Shown piece by piece: positions 29,101 to 38,941 of a DNA stretch of 64,000 nt. The position numbers were made by a program, and so were the translations under genes. The DNA is taken from IMG/VR virus record IMGVR_UViG_3300014024_000069, positions 123,159 to 187,158 of that record; one strand, 5' to 3'. Below the pieces are notes generated by a model. It was given only the letters and a program-made list of their open reading frames with translations, did no database searches and was not told the origin of the DNA. Positions within the stretch are counted from its first letter, which is position 1. Each line of letters begins with the position of its first letter. This stretch comes from a virus (lineage: Duplodnaviria; Heunggongvirae; Uroviricota; Caudoviricetes).

Positions 29101-30726
29101 CTAAAGGAGGGATGTTGTTTCATACTGCGTGAAGTCGTATTCATCCATTCCTGCCATCTCAGAAGCAAACTCGTCTGCTACCTCTCCCAACACTTGATTA
29201 CTCACACCGTCACCGTATGTGCTATTGGAACTAAACCCACCAGTACCCATGTTTCCTAGAGCGCCGAGCATGTTTTGCGCTTCCTCACCATCAAGCACTA
29301 ATTGTTTGCCGTGGTCAACATACAGCATGAACTCAGATCCACGCCCGGCACGTGTCGCCGCTGGGTACACCAGCATGTCGTAGGGTGAGCTTTCCCCACC
29401 GTTGGTGCGCATGCTTGGCGAGTCAAGCAGGAACACCGAATCGGCATCAGCCTCAATGGAACCAGAACCCTTAATGTGTTTCAGGCTCGGGCGTTCCGCG
29501 TCGGCACCCTCACGGTTTGTCTGCGCGAGATAGCACACCGCAATGTTGGCGTTGCCAGCAATGCGCTTATAGAACTTGGATAGGCTTGTGATTTCCTGCC
29601 TCTCCTTATTATCGTCTTGGACCTGCAGCTGAATATAGTCCACGAACAGAACAATGGGCACGCCCTCGGGGATTCTTTCTTTCACGTCCGCTACTACTTG
29701 TTGGATGTCAGCTTTTGTTGCCGAGCGGTTGAAGGAAGGAAACAGCATTGATGTTTCCACATCATCAAGTGCTTTTTCGATTTCCACCTTTTCTTCATCA
29801 GATAATTCGTTTTCGCAGTTAACCATGTAGTTTTCTGTCTGCGTCCATGATGAATGGCATTTGGTGGCCACGATTTTGGCGATGAACTCTGGGATGGTTG
29901 TCTCATAAGAGAAGACAATGCATGCCGCGCCTGCGTTTAGGGAGTTGCGGATAAGGTTCATCATCATTGTGGTTTTACCGACTTTCGCCCTGGCGGCCAC
30001 GACGGTAACGGAACCTTCCTTCATTCCCCGCCCGCCCATCACATCGTCGAATGCTTTAATGCCGGTGGGGACGGCCCACATGACTTTTCCGCTTGCTTTG
30101 TCCTCGCGGAGTTTCCGCACGAATGTCCCGGCATCTGTGGCTTTTTGCCTCCCTGACATCATTGTGGCGATTTGGGTTAGGCGTTCAGTGAAACCTTCAT
30201 CGTCTGTTTTTACCTGCTGGTTTTGGAGGTCTTCAATGACTTGGTTAAGCCCGTTGATTGCGCCCCGCTGGCGGCGCTGGTCATCCAACAACCCCAGGTT
30301 AACAATGAAGTCTGAGTACTCGTAGCAGGCTGACGGGGATGATTGGATAGAGCGAACGTATTTTTCCGCGCCCAACGCCAACAGTGATCGGGTGGTGAAC
30401 GTTTTGTCCTCTGGTTTCTGTTCAGAGGTCAATACGGCTACATCACGCTCCAGGAAGTCGATAAACGCATCTACGGTGATGACTTGCTCTTCATTTGAGC
30501 TAGCAACCTTAACCATCGCTGTGTAGAGCGCCGCCAGGTCGGGATCTGTGAAGAAGTTTGTTCGTGTTTTATTGTCTTCCACAATGTCGAAAAGGTCTGT
30601 TGCCCATTCTGTATTGTTTAGGACAGCTGCGACAACGCCCGCTTCTGTGCGTGGGTGATTAAAGGTCAAAGTAAAACCCCTCTCCTTGCTCTTGCTGGTA
30701 TTTTCCTTGGTTATGTTTTTAGTCAA
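29101..30726 (-). CDS. dnaB: Replicative DNA helicase DnaB
   Basis: AARAKVGKTT, FSYE, FVDYIQL, LAQTNR, IKGSGSIEADADSVFLL; N-terminal E.GVVAAVL. Confidence 0.92.
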   Translation of the reverse strand: MTKNITKENTSKSKERGFTLTFNHPRTEAGVVAAVLNNTEWATDLFDIVEDNKTRTNFFTDPDLAALYTAMVKVASSNEEQVITVDAFIDFLERDVAVLTSEQKPEDKTFTTRSLLALGAEKYVRSIQSSPSACYEYSDFIVNLGLLDDQRRQRGAINGLNQVIEDLQNQQVKTDDEGFTERLTQIATMMSGRQKATDAGTFVRKLREDKASGKVMWAVPTGIKAFDDVMGGRGMKEGSVTVVAARAKVGKTTMMMNLIRNSLNAGAACIVFSYETTIPEFIAKIVATKCHSSWTQTENYMVNCENELSDEEKVEIEKALDDVETSMLFPSFNRSATKADIQQVVADVKERIPEGVPIVLFVDYIQLQVQDDNKERQEITSLSKFYKRIAGNANIAVCYLAQTNREGADAERPSLKHIKGSGSIEADADSVFLLDSPSMRTNGGESSPYDMLVYPAATRAGRGSEFMLYVDHGKQLVLDGEEAQNMLGALGNMGTGGFSSNSTYGDGVSNQVLGEVADEFASEMAGMDEYDFTQYETTSLL

Positions 30727-31039
30727 ATAAAAGTTCGGGGTAGATCAAATCTTTATTTGACTTTTCTTTAAAGAAAGTAAGCTCTTGTTCTGATATACGT
30801 TTCTCCCTCATGTTTATGTCACTGTTTGAGCGTGAATACTCCACAAGGTAATTGTCTTTGTTTTTGCCTGCTGTTGTGGCGATGTAGTATTCCTTTATCT
30901 TTATGTCTGGTGTTCCATTTTTCGCCTCAACCACGGAATTTCCAATTTTCATCCACCCTACTTGATTTCCGTGGTCGTCTACAGCGCTTTTCTTCTCATA
31001 CGCCGTGTCGCCAAACGGTGGAATGACGGGGATAACCAT
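30719..31039 (-). CDS. Hypothetical protein (AT-rich)
   Basis: 106 aa; overlaps the dnaB start. Confidence 0.55.
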   Translation of the reverse strand: MVIPVIPPFGDTAYEKKSAVDDHGNQVGWMKIGNSVVEAKNGTPDIKIKEYYIATTAGKNKDNYLVEYSRSNSDINMREKRISEQELTFFKEKSNKDLIYPELLFD

Positions 31040-31066
31040 AATGTCCCGTTCTGTTGACTACAGTTT

Positions 31067-32017
31067 TCATTTAATGCTACCAAAATCCAGGCGACAACAG
31101 TTTCCTATAAACAACTGTTCTCTTGACGGCATCTTGGTCACATCAGCGCTGAGGCAAATATTGCGGTATGTGTCATGTTTCACTGTGCTGCGCATATGAT
31201 GGTGCCCAGACACAACGATTCGCGCGCCCGTGATCTTTTGCGCCTCCCCAACCCACAGGGCTGATTGGCTTGACGGTGCGCTTTCCTGAAAATCACGATG
31301 CAGCTTCTTAGCGGTTTCCGCCGTGCAATCATGCGTGATAAGCACATCAGCATGAACACCATTCAGGCTTTCCACCTGTTTTGCTGTGATCTCTTCTTCC
31401 TCCCACCAGGACAGACCCAGAACGCGGTAGCCTTTGTCAATGCTGTTGGCACCACCCAGTGAAGCAAATTTCACTCCGCCCCACTCCCAGTAATGCGTAC
31501 GGGGAATGATTCTGATATTGGAATACAGTGGTGAAGTGATGAATCCTTGCTCATCAAAAGCAGGGAACGGTTCAGCTACCTCATGGTGGTCACCCCACAT
31601 GCGGATACGCCCGTGCCCAATTTTCCCTTCATTGACGTAGAAGCCTGAGAAGCTGAAAGAATCACTAAGTTCCAGGTAGTTTTCGTGGTTGCCCAAAACA
31701 ACGTAAAGGATTTGGTTGTTTTCCTTCAACCATTGGTCAACCTCATGGACAAACCCCGTCAGAACCTTGTAATCGTCTAGTACTTTACGGTATTCCTCAC
31801 TATTTTTAGCAGCCTCTAGTTTCTCTACAAGCTCATCGCCAGCCACTTGCAGCATATCAGTGTCATACGGGAGTCCCCATATTCCGAAATCCCCAACATG
31901 CACAAAATAGCTATCACTAATGTGACTTTTGGTTCTTTCCAGCTGTTCTAAAGCAAACTCTGCATTCCCGTGCCAGTCACCGAAACACACAACACCTGTT
32001 TTTTCTTTCTGCTTCAT
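31067..32017 (-). CDS. Calcineurin-like metallophosphoesterase
   Basis: GDWHG, VGDFG, GNHE, THD, SGHHH; GGANSIDK..R..G.SWW.EE as in phage-type members. Confidence 0.9.
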   Translation of the reverse strand: MKQKEKTGVVCFGDWHGNAEFALEQLERTKSHISDSYFVHVGDFGIWGLPYDTDMLQVAGDELVEKLEAAKNSEEYRKVLDDYKVLTGFVHEVDQWLKENNQILYVVLGNHENYLELSDSFSFSGFYVNEGKIGHGRIRMWGDHHEVAEPFPAFDEQGFITSPLYSNIRIIPRTHYWEWGGVKFASLGGANSIDKGYRVLGLSWWEEEEITAKQVESLNGVHADVLITHDCTAETAKKLHRDFQESAPSSQSALWVGEAQKITGARIVVSGHHHMRSTVKHDTYRNICLSADVTKMPSREQLFIGNCCRLDFGSIK

Positions 32018-32024
32018 ATAGTCT

Positions 32025-32666
32025 TCACTCCTGTAATGTTCTGAAACTTTTTCCTGAGAAATTAATTATTGTGCAGTCTCCGCTGATGCGATCCCACGCG
32101 GACTTGCCCAGTACATCCACTAAACCAACTCTGCCTCCGCCATCAGAAATGGGAAGGTTTGACGTGATGATGGTGAGTTTTTTCTGCGCCCACCGTTGAT
32201 CAATGAGGCTGAAAATGCCACCTGCGCGGTTGTCGGTTAGTTCACCACTACGAATGTTAGCGCCCACGTCATCAAGAATCAACGCGCCGGTACGGTATGC
32301 CCGCTGCTTCTTGCCTTGGGTGTCTTCTTCCCTGAACGACAGGTGGCTTAGAAACTCAGGGTAGCTGTACAGCATCCCTGAGTTCACTACTCCACGCTGC
32401 AGGAAGAAACGTACCAAGGATACTGCCAGGGCGGTTTTCCCTAAACCCGCGCTGCCCAACAGGATAAGGTTGTTGGTGGGGCTTTTGATGTAGTTCTTCA
32501 GTTCGATGCACCCGAATTTGCCGATGCGTCCATCCCAGTTGGTGGGAATGTGTTTCGACAGTGGGTATCCTTTGAGGTTTTCGGGGGTTTCCCTGTCCCA
32601 TTTTTCTACTCGTTGGGCGCGCTGCCTCACTTCATTAATGAGCACGGTTTTCAAAACGTCAGGCAT
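32025..32666 (-). CDS. DnaC/IstB-like AAA+ ATPase (helicase loader)
   Basis: LLGSAGLGKT, LILDDVG, IDQRW..KKLTIITSN, WDRI, FSGKSFR. Confidence 0.85.
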   Translation of the reverse strand: MPDVLKTVLINEVRQRAQRVEKWDRETPENLKGYPLSKHIPTNWDGRIGKFGCIELKNYIKSPTNNLILLGSAGLGKTALAVSLVRFFLQRGVVNSGMLYSYPEFLSHLSFREEDTQGKKQRAYRTGALILDDVGANIRSGELTDNRAGGIFSLIDQRWAQKKLTIITSNLPISDGGGRVGLVDVLGKSAWDRISGDCTIINFSGKSFRTLQE

Positions 32667-33522
32667 GTGGATTCGTCCTGTTATTCGGGTGGAAACCCCA
32701 TGTGGATTCCAGTTCGCCGTAAACCGCTTTGAGGCTTTCTGGGTTAAGCCCCCGACCGTTCAGGATCTTCTCACCCACGGCATCCCAGTAGCCTTCTGGC
32801 ACGTTGAGGTGGAACGATAAGACAGTGTTCGTGTCCGCGCCGTTCGCAATGAGTCGTTTTGCCGCAATATCAAGCGGAAGTGATTCTGTAGAGGCATACG
32901 AGATGGACTCATGTTCACCCGATGCGTAGGCTTTATCTTCCGCCGTGGCGGCTTTCTTGCGGCGTTTTTCACGTGGGGTTTTTAGCCCGTAGTCAATAGC
33001 GTCTTGCGGCATCAGCCAAGAATGCCCCAGGTGGTTTTTCGCCTTGTCTACTACCTCACGCAGTCGTTCATCACTGAGTGTTTCCAACACGTACAGGGCA
33101 CGCAGGTCACCGTCTTCCAGCTCTACGCTGCTGGGCACACCCAGTTCGCTTAGAAGACGTTCACGGGCGTTTTCAGACCCGAGCTTCATCCACATCACGG
33201 GAACCGCCCCCTCCTGTGACAGTTTCTTGGCCTTGGTGAAGGTGGTTTTGTACTGCACCACGTCGATAAGGCGTTTAGTGTCCCCTGTGTCGCCTTCTAC
33301 GGGGTGCAGCAGGCTTGCATAGTCAGCGAAAACCCGCAGGCGTGTGCGGCTAAGCCGCTGGTGTTTCGTCAGCCCTTTTGTCAACTTTTTGATGACCCCC
33401 TCTGGGGGTTGGGTGTCGCCACGCATGGTGGTGGCGACGTAAAGCTTCCACAGCTCCCAGGCCCACGCCTGGTATTGAGTTGCCGACACCCCCTCCTGGG
33501 GCGCTGCCATTTCCGTTGCCAC
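32659..33522 (-). CDS. Hypothetical protein (possible initiator or loader partner)
   Basis: Overlaps both dnaE and the DnaC-like gene; function inferred from position only. Confidence 0.55.
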   Translation of the reverse strand: MATEMAAPQEGVSATQYQAWAWELWKLYVATTMRGDTQPPEGVIKKLTKGLTKHQRLSRTRLRVFADYASLLHPVEGDTGDTKRLIDVVQYKTTFTKAKKLSQEGAVPVMWMKLGSENARERLLSELGVPSSVELEDGDLRALYVLETLSDERLREVVDKAKNHLGHSWLMPQDAIDYGLKTPREKRRKKAATAEDKAYASGEHESISYASTESLPLDIAAKRLIANGADTNTVLSFHLNVPEGYWDAVGEKILNGRGLNPESLKAVYGELESTWGFHPNNRTNPHA

Positions 33523-36500
33523 TATTTTCCTTTCTTCCGCTTTTTACCAATCACATGAATCTTATCTGCTTTCATGGTTTGACCGCCACCTCTTTGGTCT
33601 TCGTCGATGCGCCCTTCCACGATGACTGCGCTACGCATGATGTCCTTCACGTCGGTGGTAACGTCCTGGAAGTACAGGCACAGTACGGATGACTGGTCGT
33701 CGGACAGCTCGAATTTCAGGTAGCGGTTGCCGCGTTTGGTGGTTTTGATTTCCGCATGAGTGATGATGCCGCACAGCATTGCCTTGTCCCCCACCATGTT
33801 TTCCGCGTACCGCGCGGGTTTCGTCGCCCGGAAATAGGGGTTGCTGCGAACAACACCAGCAAACATGGGGTGCGCCACCACATAGGGGTGCTTGCCGCAG
33901 GATACGGACATAACCATGTCCTCCATGTCAGCGCGAGTTAAATCCTCATCAAAAGACTGGTCGGCAACCATGACCACGCCCTGTGGTTCAGTGTCGAGAT
34001 CCAGGCCCGCCATAAGATCGCTACTGCTGCTGGTGAGAATATCTCCGAATAGCCCATCCCTGATGGTGGATTCGGATCCGTAGCGTTCCGCGCGGGCTTT
34101 AATGTCTTGCAGCCCGCCCAGCATGGCGCGGCGTGACTTGTGTAGACCGTCGAAACATCCAGCGAGGATCATGTTGCACAGGTCTTTGTCGCTAGGCTTG
34201 ATGCGGGCATGGAAATCAACAATGCTGGTAAACTCGCTGTCTTGTCGCTCTTTGAGTATCCTTCCGACGAGTTCAGCACCAATGCCGTCGATAAGATGCA
34301 TGGACAAGACGATACTGTCTGGGCTTGTGGTAGTGCGGTCAGTGGTAGCGTTGATGTTGGGCGGGTTGATGGTGATGCCGCGTCGTTTCATCCACGATAT
34401 GCAGGCTTTCCTGTTGTTCTTTTTCGACCGTCCTACGTTGTCAAGAATGCCGGCGCCGAACTGTGACGGGTAGTAGCGCTTAAGATACGCGGTCCTATAT
34501 GACAACACCGCGTAGGCAGCGGCGTGTGATTTGTTGAACGCATATGCGGCAAACGGCTCCAGGATTTCCCACAGCTTTTCACCAAGGTTGTTGCCGTAGC
34601 GCTGATTGACAGCGGGCACGAATTTTTCCTTCTCCTCTGCCATCATTTCGGGGATTTTCTTTGCCGTGGCTTTCCGCAGGTGGTCGGCTTCCGCGCCGGT
34701 GTATCCAGCGAACTTCTGGGCAACCGCCATAAGGTCTTCCTGGAAGCACACTAGTCCGAATGTTTCCTTAAGCAGCACCGCCATGTCGGGGTGAGGCAGG
34801 CCCTCGTTGACGGGTTTCTCACCGTTTTTGCGCATGCAGTATTCCAGGTGGGTGCCCATGCCGAGCGGGCCTGGTCGGTACAGTGCCAGCGCGGCTGTGA
34901 GGTCAGCGAATGAGGTTGGGCACATTTTCCGCATGAGTGCGCACATGCCGTCTGACGATAACTGGAACACGCCTGAGCATTCCCCTGCCGCCAGCATTTT
35001 GTACACTTCTGGGTCGTCGGGAACAAGGTTTGAGGTGTCTACATGCTTGCCGAGGTCAAGGAGGATGCCTTTTTCTGCTGCTTCACATTCGTCTAGGTTT
35101 TCCAGTCCCAACAGGTCCATTTTCACGCCGCCGGTGTCTTCAACCCCGTCTTTGTCGAATTGGGTTACCGCCAGCATGCTTGCCTCGGGGTTGTCTTCCT
35201 TCACGTCTTTGCGGCGTGGTTTACGGATGGGGAAGAAATTATCAACCGGCTCCGGCATGATAACCAAACCACAGGCGTGAATACTTTCCGCGCTGATGAC
35301 CCCCACAAAGGAGCTTGCCGCCTCCAGGATTTCCTGGGCATGTGGATAGCGTCTGATCTGGTCGCGGTATTTCTGTGGAAGTTTCCCTGATGAGTATTTT
35401 TCGGATACTTCCTGCAGTGTCCAGTCGTGCTTGCCCATGATCCCAGGGTTGCCGCCTTTTTCCCCTGGTTTCTCGTTGCCAGCAACAAGTTCCTTTAGTT
35501 CCGTTTCATCACTGTAGGACAGTCCGAACACTTTACAGGCTTGCTGTATGGCGCTTTTAACTTGCATGAATGTGAAGTTTGAGATTTGGGCAACACGGTC
35601 CTCCCCATACTTTTCCTGCAGCAAGCGCAGGGCCTTCCCGCGTTTCGCTTTGGGAATGTCAATATCAATATCAGGGAAGGAAATGCGGTCGGGGTTAAGG
35701 AAGCGCTCGAAATACAAGCCCAGCTTCATGGGGTCCACGTTTGTGATTCCCAGCGAGTACACCGCGACACTACCAGGGGCGGATCCGCGCCCGGCACCCA
35801 CGGTGATGTCGTTTTGCTTCATGAGTTCGCAAATATCAGCGACGGTGTGGAAATACCCAGCGAAACCCATTTTCTCGACAATGCTGAGTTCGTAATCTAG
35901 GCGCTCGGCAACCTCTGGGGGGATGTTGCCGTTAGCGTCCCCGTAGCGCTCAATGGTGGCGGCGCCGGCGAACACTCTTTTACGCAGAGCACTGTCTTCC
36001 GTCTCGCCAGGGGCAACATTAATGTGAGGCATGATATGCCCTGCTTCTTTTCCTGTGGGTAGGGTGAAGTCGCAGCGGTCCATGAGTTCCAGGGTGTTTT
36101 TCATGGCGTTGGGGTAGAGATCATTGTCACCGAATTTTTGGTGCATTTCCTCCGCCGACATGATGTAGAACTGGTCGCTTTCAAACTTGAACCTGTTCTG
36201 CTCAGCCTTCCTCCTGCCGGTGGACACGCACAATAGTGAATCATGGATGCCCGCCTGGTGGGGGTGCGTGTAGTGGCAGTCACCGGTTGGGAGTAGCGGC
36301 AGTCCCGTGTTTTTTGCGAGTTGCACCTGCAGCGGCAGGATGCGGGCTTCTTCTTCTAATCCCTGGTTTTGGATTTCAACATAAACATTGTCCCGCCCCA
36401 CTGCATCAGTGAGCATCCCTAGCCTCTGCAGTGCCAATGGGTAGTCATCTTCTAGGAGTGCCTGGTTGACGTGCGAACCCAGGCAGGCCGTGGTGAAAAT

Positions 36501-36899
36501 GATGCCTTCATGGTGTTTCTCCAGGATCTCAAAATCAACACGCGGCTTACGGTAAAAACCCTCATAATGCCCCGCTGTCTGCATTTTCAGGAGGTTCTTA
36601 TAACCCACCATATTGGTGGCTATGGCAATGAGGTGATAGTAGAACTGACCGTGACGATCTTTGAATTTTTGATGCCTGTTTTCGGCAAAATACAGCTCAC
36701 ACCCAATGTTTGCTTTCAATCCGTACTTCTGTGCGGCTTTCGTCACATCATAGGCGCCAGCGAGGGTGCCGTGGTCAGTGTGAGACCAGCCCGGCATGCC
36801 GAGTTCATGGATCCTTTGGGCAATGTCCATTGGTGAAGACAGTCCGTCAAGCAGCGAGTGCATGCCGTGTACATGGTGGTGAACAAATTGGGGTTTCAT
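33522..36899 (-). CDS. dnaE: DNA polymerase III alpha subunit
   Basis: PHP domain HHHVHGMHSLLDG/TDHG; GRGSAPGS, FERFLNPDR, PDIDID, KMDLLGL, YAFNKSHAAAY; C-terminal OB fold. Confidence 0.97.
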   Translation of the reverse strand: MKPQFVHHHVHGMHSLLDGLSSPMDIAQRIHELGMPGWSHTDHGTLAGAYDVTKAAQKYGLKANIGCELYFAENRHQKFKDRHGQFYYHLIAIATNMVGYKNLLKMQTAGHYEGFYRKPRVDFEILEKHHEGIIFTTACLGSHVNQALLEDDYPLALQRLGMLTDAVGRDNVYVEIQNQGLEEEARILPLQVQLAKNTGLPLLPTGDCHYTHPHQAGIHDSLLCVSTGRRKAEQNRFKFESDQFYIMSAEEMHQKFGDNDLYPNAMKNTLELMDRCDFTLPTGKEAGHIMPHINVAPGETEDSALRKRVFAGAATIERYGDANGNIPPEVAERLDYELSIVEKMGFAGYFHTVADICELMKQNDITVGAGRGSAPGSVAVYSLGITNVDPMKLGLYFERFLNPDRISFPDIDIDIPKAKRGKALRLLQEKYGEDRVAQISNFTFMQVKSAIQQACKVFGLSYSDETELKELVAGNEKPGEKGGNPGIMGKHDWTLQEVSEKYSSGKLPQKYRDQIRRYPHAQEILEAASSFVGVISAESIHACGLVIMPEPVDNFFPIRKPRRKDVKEDNPEASMLAVTQFDKDGVEDTGGVKMDLLGLENLDECEAAEKGILLDLGKHVDTSNLVPDDPEVYKMLAAGECSGVFQLSSDGMCALMRKMCPTSFADLTAALALYRPGPLGMGTHLEYCMRKNGEKPVNEGLPHPDMAVLLKETFGLVCFQEDLMAVAQKFAGYTGAEADHLRKATAKKIPEMMAEEKEKFVPAVNQRYGNNLGEKLWEILEPFAAYAFNKSHAAAYAVLSYRTAYLKRYYPSQFGAGILDNVGRSKKNNRKACISWMKRRGITINPPNINATTDRTTTSPDSIVLSMHLIDGIGAELVGRILKERQDSEFTSIVDFHARIKPSDKDLCNMILAGCFDGLHKSRRAMLGGLQDIKARAERYGSESTIRDGLFGDILTSSSSDLMAGLDLDTEPQGVVMVADQSFDEDLTRADMEDMVMSVSCGKHPYVVAHPMFAGVVRSNPYFRATKPARYAENMVGDKAMLCGIITHAEIKTTKRGNRYLKFELSDDQSSVLCLYFQDVTTDVKDIMRSAVIVEGRIDEDQRGGGQTMKADKIHVIGKKRKKGK

Positions 36900-37042
36900 G
36901 CAGGTAATTCCTTTGGTGGTTTCTATCTAATTATGAGCAGTCTCGGGCATGGACGCGCCGCCCGGGTTGGGGGTGTGTGCCAGCGGTCTTACCGCACAAC
37001 CCGGCGCGTTATTGCGTGTGGTGTGGTGGCGTGAAATCTTGT

Positions 37043-38740
37043 TCACCAGATGTCGCCGGTGATGTCGAGGGCGCTGTCTGGGTCGGGGTTTTGTGGCGTG
37101 GCAGTGGCGGTCGCAGGGTTGGAGGTGAGTTGTGTTTGTTCAGGCATGGTGAGGTTGTCGCCAGTAAGGGTTTCCAGTGTGTATTTGAGGTAGTTGTCTG
37201 TGGTTGTTGGTACTGGCGTGTGTGTGAGTTTTTTCACTGATTGTAGGTTGATGATTGGTTTGTTGCGGAGTACGAGTGCTAGTGGGAATTGGTACCACAT
37301 TAGGGCGTTGATGATGCGTGCGTCTTTGATGATGATGGTGTCTGCTTTTTCTGCTTGTTCGTTGACTGCGTGCACGTCGAAAACATCAAATGCTTGTGGT
37401 TCTTGTCCGTTGAGGCTGGTTTCAAAGCTTGTGAACATGATGCTTGATTCTTGTTCAATGTCGCCTTCGTATCGGATGTTGAGGGATAGGATGTTTCGGC
37501 TGGTGGCGAGGGTAGTTGGGTTGATGTGGGTGGTGGTGTGGTTGTGGATTTTGTCTGCCACTTTTTCTCCGTCTGCTGCTGCGATACGGTTGTTAGCATC
37601 ACCCCATGTTTCACCTGTGAGGGCTGCTGTGCTTTTGATGATGTCGCCGCGTAGTGTGGGGTCAATGATGAGTGGGTCAAAGTTGGTTTTGCATGCTTCT
37701 ACTCGTGACCAGAACTCCCTGAGTGTTGGTAGGAGTTGCGGGATGGTGGCGGTTTTTGTGGTGCCGTCGATGGTTTCGCCACGGTTGATTACCCAGTGCC
37801 CAAATCTGCCGTCATCAAAATGCGCCAGCACCACCGCGCAGTCAAGTCCAGTGGTGTGTAGGTAGTACAGTACTTGCGCCCGGTAGTTCAGCGGCACGCC
37901 GTTTTGCCATGTCCATGAGCGCAGGGAGGTTTTACACTCAATGATTCCTTTGGGTTTTCCCTTATTGTCAAGCAGGATGCCGTCGGTGTTGATGAGGAGA
38001 AAAGACTCGTCGCCTTTGAATGTGCCTTTGGCGACTGCTACTTTCTCCCCTGTCATGAGAGCGTAGCGGGCGATGAGGGCTGGTTCCCACATGTGCCCAC
38101 GGTAGGTCACGCCGCTGGTGACTCCTTCTTGTGATTTGGGGTCTTCTGGGGTTGCTTTGTTGAGGATGATTCCTTTTTGGACTTCATATAGGTCTGGCCC
38201 TGTGAGGAACACGGGCGCGCCGGGTTTTGAGGTCCAGTGCATGCCTATGACTTTTGAGATGTCGGATCCGCCGATGCCCTTTCGTTTTCCTTTAAGCCAT
38301 TCCACGGAGAGTTCTGGGTAGTTGTGCTCTAGTTTCGCGGCACCCAGTGTGTCTAGGTCAAGTTCTTTGATGATGCCGGTTTCCCAGGCAAGGTCGTGTG
38401 CTGTTTTGGCTATGTGGTCATGCACTTTGTCTTTTTCTTTGCCTAGTTGGGCGCGCACGGCATAGAGTTCCGCTGCTGCTGGGTTGTGTTCTTTGCGGGC
38501 TTTTTTCCATGCATCGTCCGCGTCTACCCAGCGTCGGTGAGTGTCCAGGAGTTCACGATAGTGATTCAGGTCGTTTAGGAAGGTGTTGAATTGTTCAATT
38601 TCTTGTTGTTTCGTGTCCCCTGTCACCTTGTTTTTCTCCTCCGTTGCTTGCGTGTTGTCTGGTTTTGTGCTGGCGGGCACCCATTTTTGCCTTTCTATCT
38701 TACTTCCTCCCGCTATGCGCCACAAGCCATGTGTGGGCAT
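37043..38740 (-). CDS. YqaJ/lambda-exonuclease family protein
   Basis: EWL..RKGIGGSD, RGHMWEP, NTDG, IIECKT, PLNYRAQV.YYL. Confidence 0.88.
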   Translation of the reverse strand: MPTHGLWRIAGGSKIERQKWVPASTKPDNTQATEEKNKVTGDTKQQEIEQFNTFLNDLNHYRELLDTHRRWVDADDAWKKARKEHNPAAAELYAVRAQLGKEKDKVHDHIAKTAHDLAWETGIIKELDLDTLGAAKLEHNYPELSVEWLKGKRKGIGGSDISKVIGMHWTSKPGAPVFLTGPDLYEVQKGIILNKATPEDPKSQEGVTSGVTYRGHMWEPALIARYALMTGEKVAVAKGTFKGDESFLLINTDGILLDNKGKPKGIIECKTSLRSWTWQNGVPLNYRAQVLYYLHTTGLDCAVVLAHFDDGRFGHWVINRGETIDGTTKTATIPQLLPTLREFWSRVEACKTNFDPLIIDPTLRGDIIKSTAALTGETWGDANNRIAAADGEKVADKIHNHTTTHINPTTLATSRNILSLNIRYEGDIEQESSIMFTSFETSLNGQEPQAFDVFDVHAVNEQAEKADTIIIKDARIINALMWYQFPLALVLRNKPIINLQSVKKLTHTPVPTTTDNYLKYTLETLTGDNLTMPEQTQLTSNPATATATPQNPDPDSALDITGDIW

Positions 38741-38941
38741 GCCAGAGAGTTTTCTTTGCTGCTGAGTGTGTCATGTCCCAGCGTGGGGTTACCTAAGCAG
38801 ACCGCCATCAGTAGGAGTCAGGCAGCCCACGCACGCCGCCCCCTACGCTCCCTTTGGCAGGCCGGACCCGGCGCGCGGGTGGGTAAAGAGAAGGCAAGGG
38901 CGCTGGATGTGAGTGCCGTGTGGATGCGTTGTGCCCGTGGG

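Noticed and set aside
31067..32017. SbcD/Mre11 partner of the SbcC
   Set aside because: About 22 kb away, and its motif context resembles stand-alone phage phosphoesterases; not excluded but unsupported.
32025..32666. IS21-family istB
   Set aside because: No istA transposase or terminal repeats; the replication context favours a DnaC-like loader.
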